Part shown: one piece after another, positions 39,131 to 53,696 of the stretch | Layout: each line of letters begins with the position of its first letter | Numbering within the stretch: position 1 is the stretch's first letter | Origin: Mobula hypostoma | Taxonomy: Eukaryota | Direction: 5' to 3' | Length of the DNA: 64,000 nt | Assembly: GCF_963921235.1 (NCBI RefSeq) | Contig: NC_086097.1 | Coordinates: forward strand, 35,590,001 to 35,654,000 | Made by a program: the position numbers and the translations under genes | Notes under the pieces: generated by a model | What the model was told of the DNA's origin: nothing | Database searches by the model: none | What the model saw: only the letters and a program-made list of their open reading frames with translations

Positions 39131-40049
39131 CCAATGCGGGGCTCCAAACAATAGTACTTAAACTCCGGTGTGCACCATCTATAAAATGCACCGCACTTTC
39201 TCACCTTGATTACTTGGAGAACATCTCCCACTTTCCCCATCACTATCACCAAGATGGACAATCACCATCTTGATTGGCAAATATCAGTTCTTCATCATTG
39301 ATGGAGCCGCTTTGCCAGGAGCATTGTGGGAGTACCATCACCAGGAGTGCAGACATTGAAGATGAATTCTCAAGGATATTTAGGGAAAGGTAATAAGTGC
39401 CTTGCCAGCAACACACAGATCTACCCCGCCCCCTCAAAAAGAACTAAAAATATATTCCTTGCCTAACTTTCAGCAGTGCTGTAGTGTTCTTGAAGTTATT
39501 CACATTTAATGACATTGACACATGGTTGTCTCTTGATAGACAACTATCAAGAAGACCAGTAGGGGGAATGGTTGTTCTAATGGGTTGCAGAGCCAAGCCC
39601 CGAGGGTAGGGAATGAATAGTACTGCTAATAGTCTCCTTTTTCAAATAAGTCATGTAGGGAAGACTATATATTGAGCCAGGCTTTGCTGTAATGAACTAG
39701 CGGTCAAATAGCCAGGAGTCATACACCATTTGGGCTCGGAAATGAAGTACTGAATATGGCTCCAATGAACTTTGCAATCAAGCTCCAGGACAAGTTATCA
39801 AGGTAGTGGGGAAGAAACCAACAATAGGAGCATATTAAAAGAAATACCAATGACACCAATGATGTTTTGAATAAATGTTGTCAGGGTCTTAAATATCACT
39901 AACAACAGGAAAATCATGGTGCCAAACTATGATATATGTCAACTAAACAGTGCACTCTCTGGTCCTGTACAGTTTCCTTAATAAGTATGGCAGTCTGAAC
40001 CACATGCAGAAACATGGCTATTTTGTTAGTTCCACATAATAGCTCTCTG

Positions 40050-43000
40050 CACAATCAGGGTGAGCTGCCTCAGTGACTTGCCCAGTGGCGCTCACATCTA
40101 CAATGATGAAGTGCTTTGAGAGGTTGGTCATGGCCAGGATCAACTCCTGCCTCAGCAAGGACCTGGACCCACTGCAATTTGCTTATCACCACAATAGGTC
40201 CACAGCCGATGTGACCTCACAACCTCTCCACTCGGCACCAGATCACCTGGACATCAGGCTACATCAGGTTGCTGTTTATTGATTACAGCTCAGCGTTCAA
40301 CACAGTCAAACCCTCAGTTCTAACCAACAACCTCCGAAACCTCTGCAGCTCTCTCTGTAACTGGATCCTTGACTTCCTCCTCGGGAGACTACAGTCTGTG
40401 TGGATCAAAAATAACATCTCCTCGCTGACAATCAATACTGATGCACCTCAAGAATTAGAATCAGAATCAGGTTTATTATCATCAGCATGTATCATGAAAT
40501 TTCCTAACTAAGCAGCAGCAGTTCAATAGAACACATAATATAGAAGAATAAATAAATAAATTACAATATATGTATATTGAATAGAATAAAAAAGTGCAAA
40601 AACAGAAATAATATATATTAAAAAAGTGAGGTAGTGTTCCCGGGTTCAATGCATCAGATGGCAGAGGGGAAGAAGCTGTTCCTGAATCACTGAGTGTGTG
40701 CCTTCAGGCTTCTGTACCTCCTACCTGAGGGTAACAGTGAGAAAAGGGCATGCCCTGGGTACTGGAGGTCCTTAATAATGGACGCTGCCTTTCTGAGACA
40801 CTGCTCCTTGAACTTGTCCAGAGCACTTTGTAGGCTAGTACCCAAGATGTAGCCAACTAAACAACTTATGACCCTCGGCAGCTTCTTTCTGTCGTGTGCA
40901 GTAGCCATCTCCCCCACCCCCATACCAGACAGTGATGCAGCCTGTCAAATGCACACTTATCCAACTGTTCTACTCTCTCTACGCCCATGACTGTGTCACC
41001 AGGCACAGCTCAAACACTATCTAGAAATTTGACAATGATACATCTATGGTTGGCAGAATTTTGGATGCTGATGAGGGGGCATTCAGGAGCGAGAGAGATC
41101 AACTGGTTGAGTGGTGTTGTGACAATGACCTTGCACTCGATGTCAGTAAGACCAAGGAATTGGTTGTGACCTTCAGGAAGGAGAAGTCAAGGGAGCACAC
41201 ACCAATTCTCATCAAGAAGTTAGCAGTGGAAAAGGCCAACAGTTTCAAGTTCCTGGGTGTTAACATCTCTGAAGGTCATTCCTGGGCCAACATATTGAAG
41301 TAATTACAAAGAGGCACACCAGTGCTATATTTCATAGAAACATAGAAACATGGAAAACCTACAGCACAATATAGGCCCTCCAGCCCACAATGCTGTGCCG
41401 AACATGTACTTACTTCAGAAATTATCTAGGATTGCCCATAGTGCTCTGTTTTTCTAAGCTCCATGTACCTATCCAGGAGCCTCTTAAAAGACCCTATTGT
41501 ATCCGCCTCCACCACCGTCGCCGACAGCCTATTCCATGCACTCACCACTCTCTGAATAAAAAAATTATTCCTGACATCCCTCCTATACCTGCTTCCAAGC
41601 ACCTTAAAACTGTGCCCTCTCGTGTTAGCCATTTCAGCCCGAGGAAAAAGCCTCTGACTATCCACATGATCAATGCCTCTCATCATCTTATATACCTCTA
41701 TCAGGTCACCTCTCATCCTCCATCACTCCAAGGAGAAAAGGTCAAGTTCACTCAACCTATTCTCGTAAGGCATGCTCCCCAATCCAGGCAACATCCTTGT
41801 AAATCTCCTCTGCACACTTTCCATAGTTTCCACATCCTTCCTGTAGTGAGGTGACCAGAACTAAGCACAGTGCTCCAAGTGGGGTCTGACCAGGGTCCTA
41901 TACAGCTGTAACATTGCCTCTCAGCTCTTGAACTCAATCCCCCAGTTGATGAAGGCCAATGCACCATATGCCTTCTTAACCACCCAGTCACCATCCGCAG
42001 CAGCTTTGAGTGTTCGATGGACATTGGACACCAAGATCCCTCTGATCCTCCACACTGTCAAGAGTCTGACAATTAATGCTATATTCTGTCATCATATTTG
42101 ACCTACCAAAATGAACCACCTCACACTTATTCGGGTTGAACTCCATCTGCCACTTCTCAGCCCAGTTTTGCATTCTATTGATGTCCCACTGTAAACTCTG
42201 ACAGCCCTCCACATTATCCACAACACCTCCAATCTTTGTGTCATCAGCAAATTTACTAACCCATCCCTCCACTTCCTCATCCAGGTCATTTATAAAAATC
42301 ACAAAGAGAAAGGGTCCCAGAACAGATCCCTGAGGCACACCACTGGTCACCGACCTCCATGCAGAACATGACCCATTTTTGGCTTCTGTGGACAAGCTGA
42401 TTTTGGATCCACAAAGCAATGTCCCCTTGGATCCCATGCCCCCTTACTTTCTCAATAAGCCTTGCAATGGGGTACCTTATCAAATGCCTTGCCGAAATCC
42501 ATATACATCACATCTACTGCTCTTCCTTCATCGATGTGTTTAGTCACATACTCAAAAAATTGAATCAGGCTCGTAAGGCACGACTTGCCCTTGACAAGGC
42601 CAAGCGGACTATTCCTAATCATATTACGCCTCTCCAAATGTTCATAAATCCTACCTCTCAGGATCTTCTCCATCAACTTACCAACCACTGAAGTAAGACC
42701 CACTGATCTATCATTTCCTGGGCTATCTCTGCTCCCTTTCTTGAATAAGGGAAGAACATCCACAACCCTCTAATCCTCCAGAACCTCTCCCATCCCCATT
42801 GATGATGCAAAGATCATCGCCAGAGGCTCAGCAATCTCCTCCCTCACCTCCCACTTTAGCCTGGGTATATCTCATCCAGTCCCGATGACTTAATCCAACA
42901 TGATGCTTTCCAAAAGCTCCAGCACATCTTCTTTCTTAATGTCTATATGCTTAAGCTTTCAGTCCACTGTAAGTCATCCCTACAATCACCAAGGTCCTTT

Positions 43001-44005
43001 TCCATGGTGAATACTGAAGCAGAGTATTCATTAAGTACCTCTGCTATCTTCCCCGGTTCCATACACACTTTTCCACTGTCACACTTGATTGGTCTTATTC
43101 TCTCACGCCTTATCCTCTTGCTCTTCACATACTTGTAGAATACCTTGGGGTTTTCCTTAATCTGGCTTGCCAAGACCTTCTCATGGCCCCTTCTGACTCT
43201 CCTAATTTCATTCTTAAGCTCCTTCCTGCTAGCCTTATAATTTTCTAGATCTCTTTCATTACCTTGTTTTTTGAACTTCCATAAGCTTTTCTTTTCTTCT
43301 TGACTAAATTTTCAACAACCTTAGTACACCATGGTTCCTGTACCCTACCATCCTTTTCCTGTCTCATTGGAATGTACCTATGCAGAACACCAGGCAAATA
43401 TCCCCTGAACATTTGCCACATTTCTGCCATGCATTTCCCCGAGAACATCTGTTCCAATTTCATTTGGAGTTTGAGGAGACTTGGCTTGTCAACAAAGACT
43501 CTCACAAATTTTGACATATATAGTGTGGAGAGCAGTCTAACTGGTTGTATTACTGCCAGGTGTGGGAGGATCACTGCAAAGGATCAGAAAAAGCTGCAGC
43601 AAGTTGTAAATTCAGCCACCTCCATCATGGGCATTTGCCTTTCCAGCATCCAGGACGCCTTCAAAAGACGATGCCTCGGAAAGGAGGCATCTGTCATTAG
43701 GGACCCCAATCATCCATGACATGTCTCCTCTTCATTACTACCATCAAGGAGAAGGTGCAGGAGCCTGAAGACACATACTCCAAGTTTCAGGAGCAGCTTC
43801 TTTCAGATTTCCAAATGGACAATGAATGCATGAACACTACGTCTTCTTTTATCCATCTCCTTTTGCACAACTTACTTAATTTAACTTTTTAATGGATACT
43901 TCTTATCATAATTTATATTTTTATTATTATGTATTGCAATGTACGGCTGCTGCAAAACAAATTTCACGACATATGCCAATGGTATTAAACCTGATTCTGA
44001 TTCTA
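40050..44005 (+). mobile_element. Rex1/Babar LINE split by two insertions (a Rex1 on - at ~40453-40948 and a CR1 on - at 41336-43456)
   Basis: PVALTSTMMKCFERLV...APQ | ...WCCDNDLALDVSKTKELVV...LYFI | WSLRRLGLSTKTL rejoin in order; (TTCTGA) tail at ~44000. Confidence 0.9.
41336..43456 (-). mobile_element. CR1 LINE, 5'-truncated ~2.1 kb
   Basis: MDFGKAFDKVPH, SGVPQGSVLGP, SKFADDTKIGG; TSD ATTTCAT (41329-41335, 43457-43463); (TTTCTATG)-type tail. Confidence 0.95.
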
Positions 44006-44329
44006 ATTTATTATGCAGAGCTGAATTGGTTTGCAAAAAGTCAAACAAGTAACTGTCTCTCCTGAAATGGCTTGTGCTAGTATATTTTATTTGTCAACTT
44101 AATTAAAAGGAATTAAATCATACTTTAAAATGATAATCAGGCCTTACTCCTGTCTAGTGTATTGCATGTTGTCAGGCTGTTAAGCCTGAGCTGTACATGG
44201 AATGCTAACAGTATAGATTGAACTAATGCCTCATTTAATCAACATTAAATCTTTATTTTTTTCTCTATTATGGACATCAACTAATTCATTATATGTCTTT
44301 CTCACTCCTTGGCTTCCAGTATTGCATAT

Positions 44330-44810
44330 AAGTTCACCAAAGACTCAAGCAATTTTCCACTGATGTACCATGGAGAACAGTCTGACTGGTTGCTTCACTG
44401 TCTGGCATGGAGGCGCCAATGCACAAGACTGGAAAAATCTGCAGAGAGTTGGAAACTCAGCAAGTTCCATCATGGGCCTCCACAAAAGACAATGCCTCTA
44501 AAAGGACCCTATCGCCTCGGACATTTCCTCTTCTTACTACACCCATCAAGGAAGAGGTACAGGAGTCTGAAGACACACACAACGTTTTAGGAACAGCTTC
44601 TTCCCCTCTGCCCTCGATTTCTGAATGAACAATGAACACAGCCTCACTACTTTAGCTCTCCTTTTGCCCCATTTATTTAATTAAACTTTTACTTCTACAG
44701 CATTTGTTGCTGTAATTTATAGCATTTTTATGTATTGCACTGTACTGCTGCGGCAAAACAACCAATTTTGTGACCCTATGTTAGTGATATTAAACCCCAT
44801 TCTGATTCCG
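44330..44810 (+). mobile_element. Rex1/Babar 3' fragment
   Basis: PSRKRYRSLKTHT; attctgattc tail. Confidence 0.8.
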
Positions 44811-44919
44811 AGATCACCTTGTCCCAAAGTGGCATGGCACAGCCAGCAAAGGTTTATCACATTGTCTCATTTTCAAGGCAGCATCCTCAAATGTATGCAA
44901 ACCTTTTCACAAATTAACC

Positions 44920-45520
44920 TCATAGAACATAGAAGAGTACAGCGTAGGAACAGACCCTTCCACACACAGTGTTGTGCCGCTCTAGTTAAACTGGTCATCA
45001 AATGCCCAACTAAACTAATCCCTCCTGCCTATACAGTATCCATACCCTTCCATTTCCTGCACATTTGAGTGCATATCCAAATGCCTCTGTTATATTTGCC
45101 TCCACGACCACTGCAAACAGTACATTCCAGGCACCCATCACTCAGTGTAACCCCACCCCCCTCAGTGGACAAGCCAATTCTGAATCCAAATGATCACCAT
45201 GAGTCCCAAGCATCTTAATCTCCTGGATGACATCTTTGTGGGGGAACATTGTCAAACACCTTACTATAACCCATGTAGACAACATTCACAGCTCAAACAT
45301 CATCAGCTACCTTCATCATCACCTCAAAACATTCAATCTTAAGTCAATAAGATGCGACTTGCCCTGGTCAAAGCCAGGCTCACTGTCCCTAATTAGGCCA
45401 TGGTTTTCTAAGCGCTAATAAATCTTATCCTAAGAATCCTCTTCAGTAACTTTCCTATCACTGATGTGAAACTCATTGGTTGATAGTTTCCAGGATTAGC
45501 CCTACTTTCCCTTTGTCCCC
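44920..45520 (-). mobile_element. CR1 fragments (old, deleted)
   Basis: catagaacatagaa tail; RT N-terminal motifs. Confidence 0.65.
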
Positions 45521-45544
45521 TGTGCTCACATCTCAATGAGCTCC

Positions 45545-46050
45545 ATGCCCAACATGATGCTTCCCATTCCCATTCCGACATGTGTGTCCATGGCCTTCTC
45601 TACTGACATGATGAGTCTATACTCAGGTTGGAGGAGCAACACATTTGGGCAGCCTCCAACCTGATGGCCTGAATATTAATGTCTCCAACTTCTGGTAAAT
45701 TCTCCCCTCCCCCTTCTTTTTCCATTCCCTCTTCTAGTTTCCTCTCTCACACTTTCTGTGCATCTACATGTCCACTCTCTTCTCCTATTAGGCTCCTTCT
45801 TCTTCAGCTCTTTATCACTTCCACCTATCACGTCCCAGCTTCTTATTTCATTGACCCTTCCCCCTCCAACCCACTATCCCCCTCACCTGGTCTCACCTGC
45901 CACCTGCCAACTTGTACTACTTCCTCTCACCCCACCTTCTTATTCTAGCTTCTGCCACCTTCCTTTCCAGTCCCGATGAATGGTCTCGGCCCAAAATTTT
46001 GACTGTTTATTCCCTCCAGAGTGTTCCTCCAGCATTTTGTGTGTGCAACT
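45545..46050 (+). mobile_element. Penelope 3' end (GIY-YIG C-terminus plus terminal repeat)
   Basis: HSHSDMCVHGLLY...LRLEEQH...LGSLQPDGLNINVSNFW*; pyrimidine-rich UTR; hammerhead-like core at 45973. Confidence 0.85.
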
Positions 46051-46169
46051 TTAGGTACTCACCAGTCCACTGCAACCTTGGTTGTGGCTGTAGAGGACGC
46101 TAAGTTAAAAGGCTGCAGCACTCTCACCTGTTACCCCTCACTATAAACTAGGTTATATCCCATCAGACC

Positions 46170-48120
46170 TACCTTAATGTTCTTTAAGAGACTCAACACC
46201 ATCTTTCTCAAAGTGAAACACTGATCTCTCTATCCTCCACATCCTTCCCCTTGGTAAGTGCTGATGCAAAGTGCTCACTTTGGAGCTCAACCATTCCTCC
46301 ACCTCCAAGCACATTACTTCCTTTATCCTGGAATAAACCTACTGCTCACTACTTATTCTCTTCCCCTTGATGTACACACAGAGAGTTTTGGGATTCTACA
46401 TAATCCTCCATGAATATAATTCTCTATAATCCTACCTGCCAAGGACATTCATGGCCCCTGCTGGCTTTTCTAATTACTGTCATGACTTCATTTCTAGCAT
46501 CTTTATAATCCTCAATGGTGCTGTTTTATTTTAACTTCTTAAGGCTTACATACATTTCCTTTTCTTAACTAAATTCATCACCCTCTTGACATTCAAGTGC
46601 TTCCCATATCTTGCCATACTTGTTCTTCCTTCTGACTGGAATATATCTATCCTGTACCCTATGCAGTTGGTCTTTAAACACTCTTAGATGTAGGCTTGCC
46701 CAAAAACAATTGTTCCCAATTAACTCTCCCTAGTTCCTGCCTAATACTCTTATAATTTGCTCTGTTTTAATATAATACTTTCCCACAAGGTCCACACTTA
46801 TGCTTGTCAATAGGTATCTTAAAACTTCAGGATTTTTGATCACTGTTCCTTAATTGATCCCCCTACTGAAAGGTCATTCACATACCAATAGCAAGTCCAA
46901 TATGGCCCCTCCTGGATGTATTTATCAAATTTTGTCCTGGCTAAACCTCTTGCACCAGGAGGACCCGGTCTATATTGAAGTTAAAGTCACCGACAACAAC
47001 AACCGTATTTGTTTTACCCTTTCCCTAATCTGTCTGCATCTCTGTTCCTCACTGTTCCGCTGACAATTGGAAGGTCTGTAGTCTAATTCCATCAGGGATA
47101 TTGTGAGGTATGCCCATATAGGCTCATTGGATGAGCCCTCTATTATGTCCCCTCAGAGTGCAGCTGTGATATTGTTGCTAAATTAATAGTGCAACTCCCA
47201 CCCACCTCTCCTTTACCTCCTTCTCTGTATAAAACCCTGAAACCCTGGAACATTATGCACCCATTCCTGTCCCTCTCTCATTCAAGTCTCTGTTAGAGTT
47301 GTAACATCATACGTAGTTCCTCAAACTGTTCAACGCTCTAAATTCATCACGATTACCCATAATACTCCTGTCATTAAAATACACACACTTTAATCTGTTC
47401 AATCCTTTGTGTCTATTAACTTGCTTCTAACTGTTCTTACTAGTCATGGCGTCAACTTTCCTCTCCACTTTCTGACCCAATGCTCTTTTTTTTCTATCCC
47501 CCTACCAAACTAGTCTAAACCCTCTCGAGTAGTACTAGTGAGCCTTGGGGCCAGGATATTGGTTCCTCTCCAGTTAATGTACAAACTGTCCCTTCTGTAC
47601 AGATTATCCCTGCCTTCAAACCACCCATCTGTTCTAGAGATCTAAAGATCTGCTCTATCTTGCTATTCCATTCTATTCCTGCCCTGACTAGCATGTAGAA
47701 CAGGGAATAATCCAAGGATTACTACCTTTGCAGTGCTGTTTCTCAGCCTCTTTCTTAACTCCAAATGCTCACCGTGCAGGAGCCCTTTTATCTTTCTACC
47801 AGTATCATAGGTACCTACGAGCACCACAATCACTGGCTGTTCATCTTCTCCCTCGGGAATGTTTTCCTGTCGCTCTGAGACATGTTCGGTCCTAATGCCT
47901 GGGAGCCCACACACCATTCTGGAGTCACTATCACAGCCACATAACCTCCTGTTTTCCTCCCTCCCCCTTATAATCAAGTCTCCAATCACTATTGCTCTTG
48001 CTGAATTTGCCCCTCCCTGCTGAGCCCCCGAGCTGGCCACTGGGCCACTTACCTTGCAGCCGCTGCTCTGCCCTGATAGGTCGGACATTACTGTGGCAAC
48101 AGAGTATAACAAATGGCTGT
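46170..48120 (-). mobile_element. Old CR1 5' half including the ORF1 SGNH/esterase domain
   Basis: RAIVIGDLIIRG...RMVCGLPG...PVIVVLVGTYD (47663-48184); downstream endonuclease remnant GAILDLL. Confidence 0.8.
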
Positions 48121-48759
48121 TTCTAGTTCTCATCTTCTTCATTAGATAGTAATAATCAGGTTTGAGAAGACCTTTACTATACATGCTTCTTGCTGCTACT
48201 CAGATGAACTGATATTCAATAAACACTTTTTCATAGCCTTGCTTTCACGTACGGAAAATGGACAAACTGTTTTCACCGCTCTGCGATGTTACCCATGAGT
48301 TGTTTGCAGTAACAGGCAAGAAACTAATCTTTAATTCCTGAAGGCTTCTGAATAAAATTGCTCACTTAGCAACCCTAATACCAGTCTGTTTTAAGTAGTT
48401 GTTTTATCTGCCTGTAGAACTGCGCAGGTTAAATCACATTGGGGGGGGGGGGTGATGGGATTGCATTCCTAACAATTAAGTAGCCTGCTCCTTTTAACTG
48501 TCCATTGACTGGGCTAGTGGGATTAAAACTAATCCCACTATTTCATACCAATATCAATGCTTTCAGTAATTTTGTAGTCACAGAGCTATCCAATAATATG
48601 GTTCTGCATTGGAGATTTCTTTCTGTAATTAGCATGACAATATGATTGAGGCAAATATAATGAGGAAAGAAATTCTACAGATCTGAACTTGATGGTTGCT
48701 GGAAGCAACTATAGTCCTGGGAAATGGTAAATGTATACAGGTTCTCGTTGTCAGAGCTA

Positions 48760-49730
48760 CAAACTCTGATGTGGGGTCTGGGCACTCTCTGTCAGATGGA
48801 AACATTACCATTCTGGTAGCTGTGGACTGGTTCTTCAAGGCTACCCACTTCATTGCTCTCCCCAAGCTCCTGTCAGCTTGTGAAGCTGCCACCCTCATGG
48901 TTCAGCACAAGTTCAGGCTGCACATTCAGTGTCTGATCCAGAACCACAGTTCACATCCCGTTTTTGAAAGACTTCCTGTTCTCTTTTAGGAGCTGCAGCT
49001 AGCCTCTCTTTAGGTCTTCATCCCCAACCTAACAGCCAGATTGAGAGAATGAATCAGGGGCCCGAGACAACCCTACACAGCCTTGTCTCTTCCAACCTCA
49101 TGACCTGGAGCTTCCAACTGGTTTGGGCAGAGATTGTGTCTGTCCAGTCACCCTCCACTGGCATGATCCCCTTTGAATGCCAAAAAAGATTCCAGCCACC
49201 ACTCTTCTTTGGCCAAGGGATTGACGTGGGAGTTCCTGCTGCTGAACTGTTGGTCCAATGCTGCGAGAGTACATGGAATGGGCCAGGGCTTCTCTGCTGC
49301 ACAGTCAGAAACAAAGTGCCTGGCAGGCTGATTGGCTCCACCAACAGTTGAGACCTCTCAGGCTAGGGGAGAAAGCCTGGTTTGTTCCTAGAGATTTTCC
49401 TTTGAAGGTTGAGAGCCGCAAGTTAGCCCCACACTACAAGGGATCATTTGTAGTGGAGAAGCCTATCAACAGAGCCTCCTATAGAATGTGCCTACAATCA
49501 TCGATGAAGATTCATCCAGGGCTCCATGTTTTCCAGCTCAAACCGGTGACTTCCTCCCACATTGCTCTGGCCACCACCTTCTGGCCTGCTGGATGGGTCT
49601 CTAGTCTATTCTATGCAATGCCACCTAGCGTCTCCCTGGGAGCGAGATACAGCCCAGTATACAGTGGATAGGGAGGGAGAGGGGTATGGCCCAGAGGAAC
49701 AGTCTTCAGTTCCGGCTCCATGACTTCCTG
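48760..49730 (+). mobile_element. Gypsy/chromovirus (sushi-like) integrase and chromodomain remnant
   Basis: GNITILVAVDWFFKATHFIALPKL; HPQPNSQIERMNQ; RKLAPHYKGSF...IHPGLHVFQLKPV; GYGPEEQS. Confidence 0.9.
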
Positions 49731-49829
49731 GACAAATGATAAACTTTTTGTGGTGCTCAGGTGTAGCTGTCTTTTTGCACTCTTGCTCTCCCAGCCATTA
49801 AATTCTCCTCCATGATCCTGACCGCAGCT

Positions 49830-52199
49830 TACGTACTGCCAAACTGTTAAGCAGGCACTCTCGGTACAGAGTGCCGCCGTCAGCAGACAAGAAGCAGCCT
49901 GCTCCGAAGCATTTTAAATCTCTGTGAGGGATTTCAGTCGGGCTTATTTGAAGAAATATCAGTCCAGTTATCATCAGCCTGTAACCTGTAGCACCAGGGG
50001 CCCCAACTGTTATACTATGACTGGGTATCCCTGCAGCTCCATGCCTAGACTGCATTTTAGGAAATCCGATCACTTGGCTGTCCTCTTCCTACCAGCATGC
50101 AGGTAGAGGTGAAAGAGCAAGACTCCAGAAGTAAAGAGAACAATGAGGTTGTTGTGGAAGGGAGAAGAGCGGCTATGGGATTGCCTCGAGTTGGTGGACT
50201 GGGCCATGTTCTAGGACTCATCAAAGGATCTGAACCAATACACCATAGTTGTCAAAAGCAGGCATAGACAACTGTGTCCCCACAATATCACTCAGAGTCT
50301 TCTCCAACCAGATGGTCTGAAAGTACCAGGAGATCCACAAGCTGCTGAGGATTAGTTCAGTAGCATCCAGGTCTTGCGACCAAGCAAAATACAAGAGGTC
50401 CAGGCACGATCTCTGGAAATAAATCTCACGTGTGAAGTGGCAATTCTGAACCAAACTTCAATCACTGAAGGATGCTCGACAGCTGTGATAGGTCTTGAAT
50501 GCTATCACCTCCTACAAAGTGAAATCGAGCGACACAGGTGATGACAAGGTTTTGCTCCCAGATGAGTTCAATCCCTTTAATGTTCACTTTGACCATCAAA
50601 ACATGGAGGCACCTTCAAAGAACTCCCACCCCCCTGTGATTTCAGTTTCTGAGGCCGACATGAGACCATCCTTCAAGATGGTGAACCCATGGAAAGCATC
50701 TCACTTAGACAGGGTATCTGGCCGAGTACTAAAGACCTGTGCTGATCAACTGGCTGGAGTGCTCACAGAAGTATTTAACCTCTTGCTTTAGCAGTCTGAA
50801 GTACCCAGCTGCTTCAAGCAACCTTCAATTATGCTGGTGCACAGGAAGAACATGGTAACCTGCCTCACTGACTGTCATCCACCAGCACTTACATCCACTG
50901 TAATGAAGTGCTTTGAGAGGTTGGTGATGAAACATATCATCTCCTGCCTGAGAAGTGACTGGATTCACTCCAATTTGCATACTATCACAACAGGTCAACA
51001 GAAGGTGACATTCCATTGGCTCTTCACTCAACCCTGGAACACCTGGACAACAAAGGTGTATACATCAGGATGCTCTTCATTAACTACAGCTCAGCATTGA
51101 GTACTATCATCCCCTCAAAATTAATAAATAAGCTTCAAGGTCTAGGCCTCAATAGCTCCTTGAATAACTGGATCTTCCATTTCCTCACTTGCAGACCCCA
51201 GTCAATTGGTAAGAACATCTCCTTCACAATCTCCATCAGCATAGGTGCACCACAAGCTGTGTGCTTATCCCCCTCCCCTTATCATTATACTTCTGACTAC
51301 GTGGCGAAGCACAGATCTAAACCCATATTTAAGTTTGCCAACAACACCACTGTCACTGGACGAATTAAAGGTGGTGACAAATCAGCGTATATGAGGGAGA
51401 TGGAAAATCTGGTGTCACAACAACAATCTCTCTCAATGTCAGCAAGACGAAGGAGCTGAATTTTGACTTCAGGAGGAGGAAGTCGGAGGTCCATGACCCA
51501 GTCCTCATTAGGGGAATCAGAGGTAGAGAGATCAGTAACTTTAAATTTCTTGGTCTTATCAATTCATAAGATCTGTCTAGGGTCCAGCACGTAAATGCCA
51601 ATACAAAGAAAGCACGGCAGCACCTCTACTTTCACAGAAGTTTGCAAAGATTTGGCATGTCATCTAAATATTTGACAAGCTTCTATATATGTGTGGTGGA
51701 GAGCATATTGGCTGGTTGCATCACAGCCTGGCATGGAAACACCAATGCTCTTGAATGGAAAATCCTACAAAAGGTAGTGGATTCGGCCCAGTCTATCATG
51801 AGCAAATCCTTTCCCACCATTGAACACATCCACACGGAGTTGCAGCACCCACCATCTCAGCCATGCTCCCTTCTCACTGCTGTCACCGGGAAGAAGGTTC
51901 AGGGCCCACACCACCAGGTCCAGAAAGAGCTAGTACCCTCAACCATTAGGCAGTTGCCCCATCACTGAATCTGTAGACTCACTTTCCAGGACACTGTGAC
52001 TTATTTTCTTGATATTTATTGCTTATTTATTTATTATTATTACTCATTTTGTATTTGTGCAGTTGATTATCCTTTGCACATTGTTTGTTGTCCATCCTGT
52101 TGGATGCAGTCTTTCATTGCTTCTATTGAGTTTCTTGTATTTACTGTGAACACCCAAAAGATCATGAATCTCAGGGTTGTATATGGTGACGTACATATA
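49830..52199 (+). mobile_element. Rex1/Babar LINE (~2.4 kb, decayed)
   Basis: KSDHLAVLFLPA, RVLKTCADQLAGV, RMLFINYSSA, VVESILAGCITAWHG. Confidence 0.9.
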
Positions 52200-52623
52200 T
52201 GTTGAATGAAGTCCTTCATTCGGGACTTCCAGTGGGCACACAGGTCTCTGGTGCCTCGGGAGCTGAGCTGTGCCTAGGGAGGCATGCCCTGTCATAACCA
52301 CTCTGTTGCAGGGGTCTAGGCACCCTCATGGGCGAGCAGCTAAAAGGGTTCGATAGTCATGCACATGACTACGGTTTAGATTGGCATTGTAAAGGAGCAG
52401 AATGTATTTGGTATTGATTTACCCTTTCCAAGCCACTGTGTCGGCATTAGCTTTTAGTTTGAGAGTTTTAGTTAATGGACCTTTTGGCCTAGCATTTATT
52501 ATTTTTCCTTTTGTTCTGCACAGTTCTTATTAAAATTCAGTGAACTGTTCAATCCGCGTCAGTGTCTCTCCCTCTGCACTAGGGCACATTACTGTCACTC
52601 ATAGCCGGATCCATGGTCCAACA
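52200..52623 (+). mobile_element. Probable solo LTR
   Basis: TGTTG...CAACA inverted termini and ATTAAA near the 3' end; no TSD found. Confidence 0.45.
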
Positions 52624-53122
52624 ACTCAAGCTCAATTAATAATAGTTGGCTTTGTGTTTAAACATCTACTTACAGGAGAAAATCTTGAAAGGAATGCATT
52701 CTCTAGGAAGTTCTATAAGGTGAAGGATCATGATCTGGCTGCCTTCAACTGATACAGTTTCTGTGATCTAGATATAAAAGGCAAAAAGAAAGGAAGGATT
52801 AGCATTTATTGATAGTGCTTAACTCTCATCTTTCACAAAGGCCCAAAGTGTTCCATGCATACCATGGATTACTTTGAAATGCTACGGTAATTGTGCAGCA
52901 CAGTAGTTGGCGGTAACATGGGCAAAGAGAAATGTGGTCTACTTTGACCCTGAGAATCCTGCATTTCTATCGGATCAGTTTCACTTCACAGACAAGAGAT
53001 GTGGGTGGGTGCTGTAGTAGTCTAGTGGACTGACCTCTACTTTGCTGAGACCAGTAATTCTCAGACACCTCCTCTTACTTACCCCTTGAGCAGGACCCCT
53101 CTGAGGAGCACCAGGTCATTGT

Positions 53123-53696
53123 TGTAGTGTGGATGAAATGACCGGAGAGACAGAGTCACTGGTAGATACAAAGCAGCTTCTTTATTCAACACAACAAGGT
53201 ACAGCAGGCATCATACGAACGGAGACGCTTTTGGTAGAAAAGTCTGCTAGCCCGGTGTGGGCTTGATATTTATATGCTAAGCACAAAAGGCAATCGCTAC
53301 TTACAAAGTTATAGACAATGCATGGACAATGTTTTCTTTTGAAGCTACATGCAAAACATCACACCTTCTGACTTCATCCTTTCCTCCTGACGCCAACATG
53401 TCTGGGTTGGTACTCTCAGTTTTTAGGAGTGCAAGTCAAATCCACAATGTGTTTATTTGGTATTTTATGTGCTAACATACAGGACAATTAATATTATAAA
53501 GTATAGATAATACTGTCTTTGAAACTACCTGTAAACTTCACACTTCCATCCGCAGCATCTGACTAGTATCCCGATATTCACAGCTTTATGAAATGCATTG
53601 TTGTGAACTCAATCCTCAGTACTTTGTAAATAGAAGTCTGGTGGCCAGAGTCATTTAAGTGTAAATGAATCATCTACCCAAAAACTCACTCTAACA
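53123..53696 (-). mobile_element. Solo LTR (574 bp)
   Basis: TG...CA; exact TSD ATTGT (53118-53122, 53697-53701); minus-strand TATA-like motif and AATAAA. Confidence 0.9.

Noticed and set aside
47663..48184. Host SGNH esterase gene
   Set aside because: It is the CR1 ORF1 esterase domain, contiguous with decayed CR1 ORF2
48696..49671. Domesticated sushi-derived gene (RTL1/PEG10-like)
   Set aside because: Multiple frameshifts, stops and deletions indicate neutral decay
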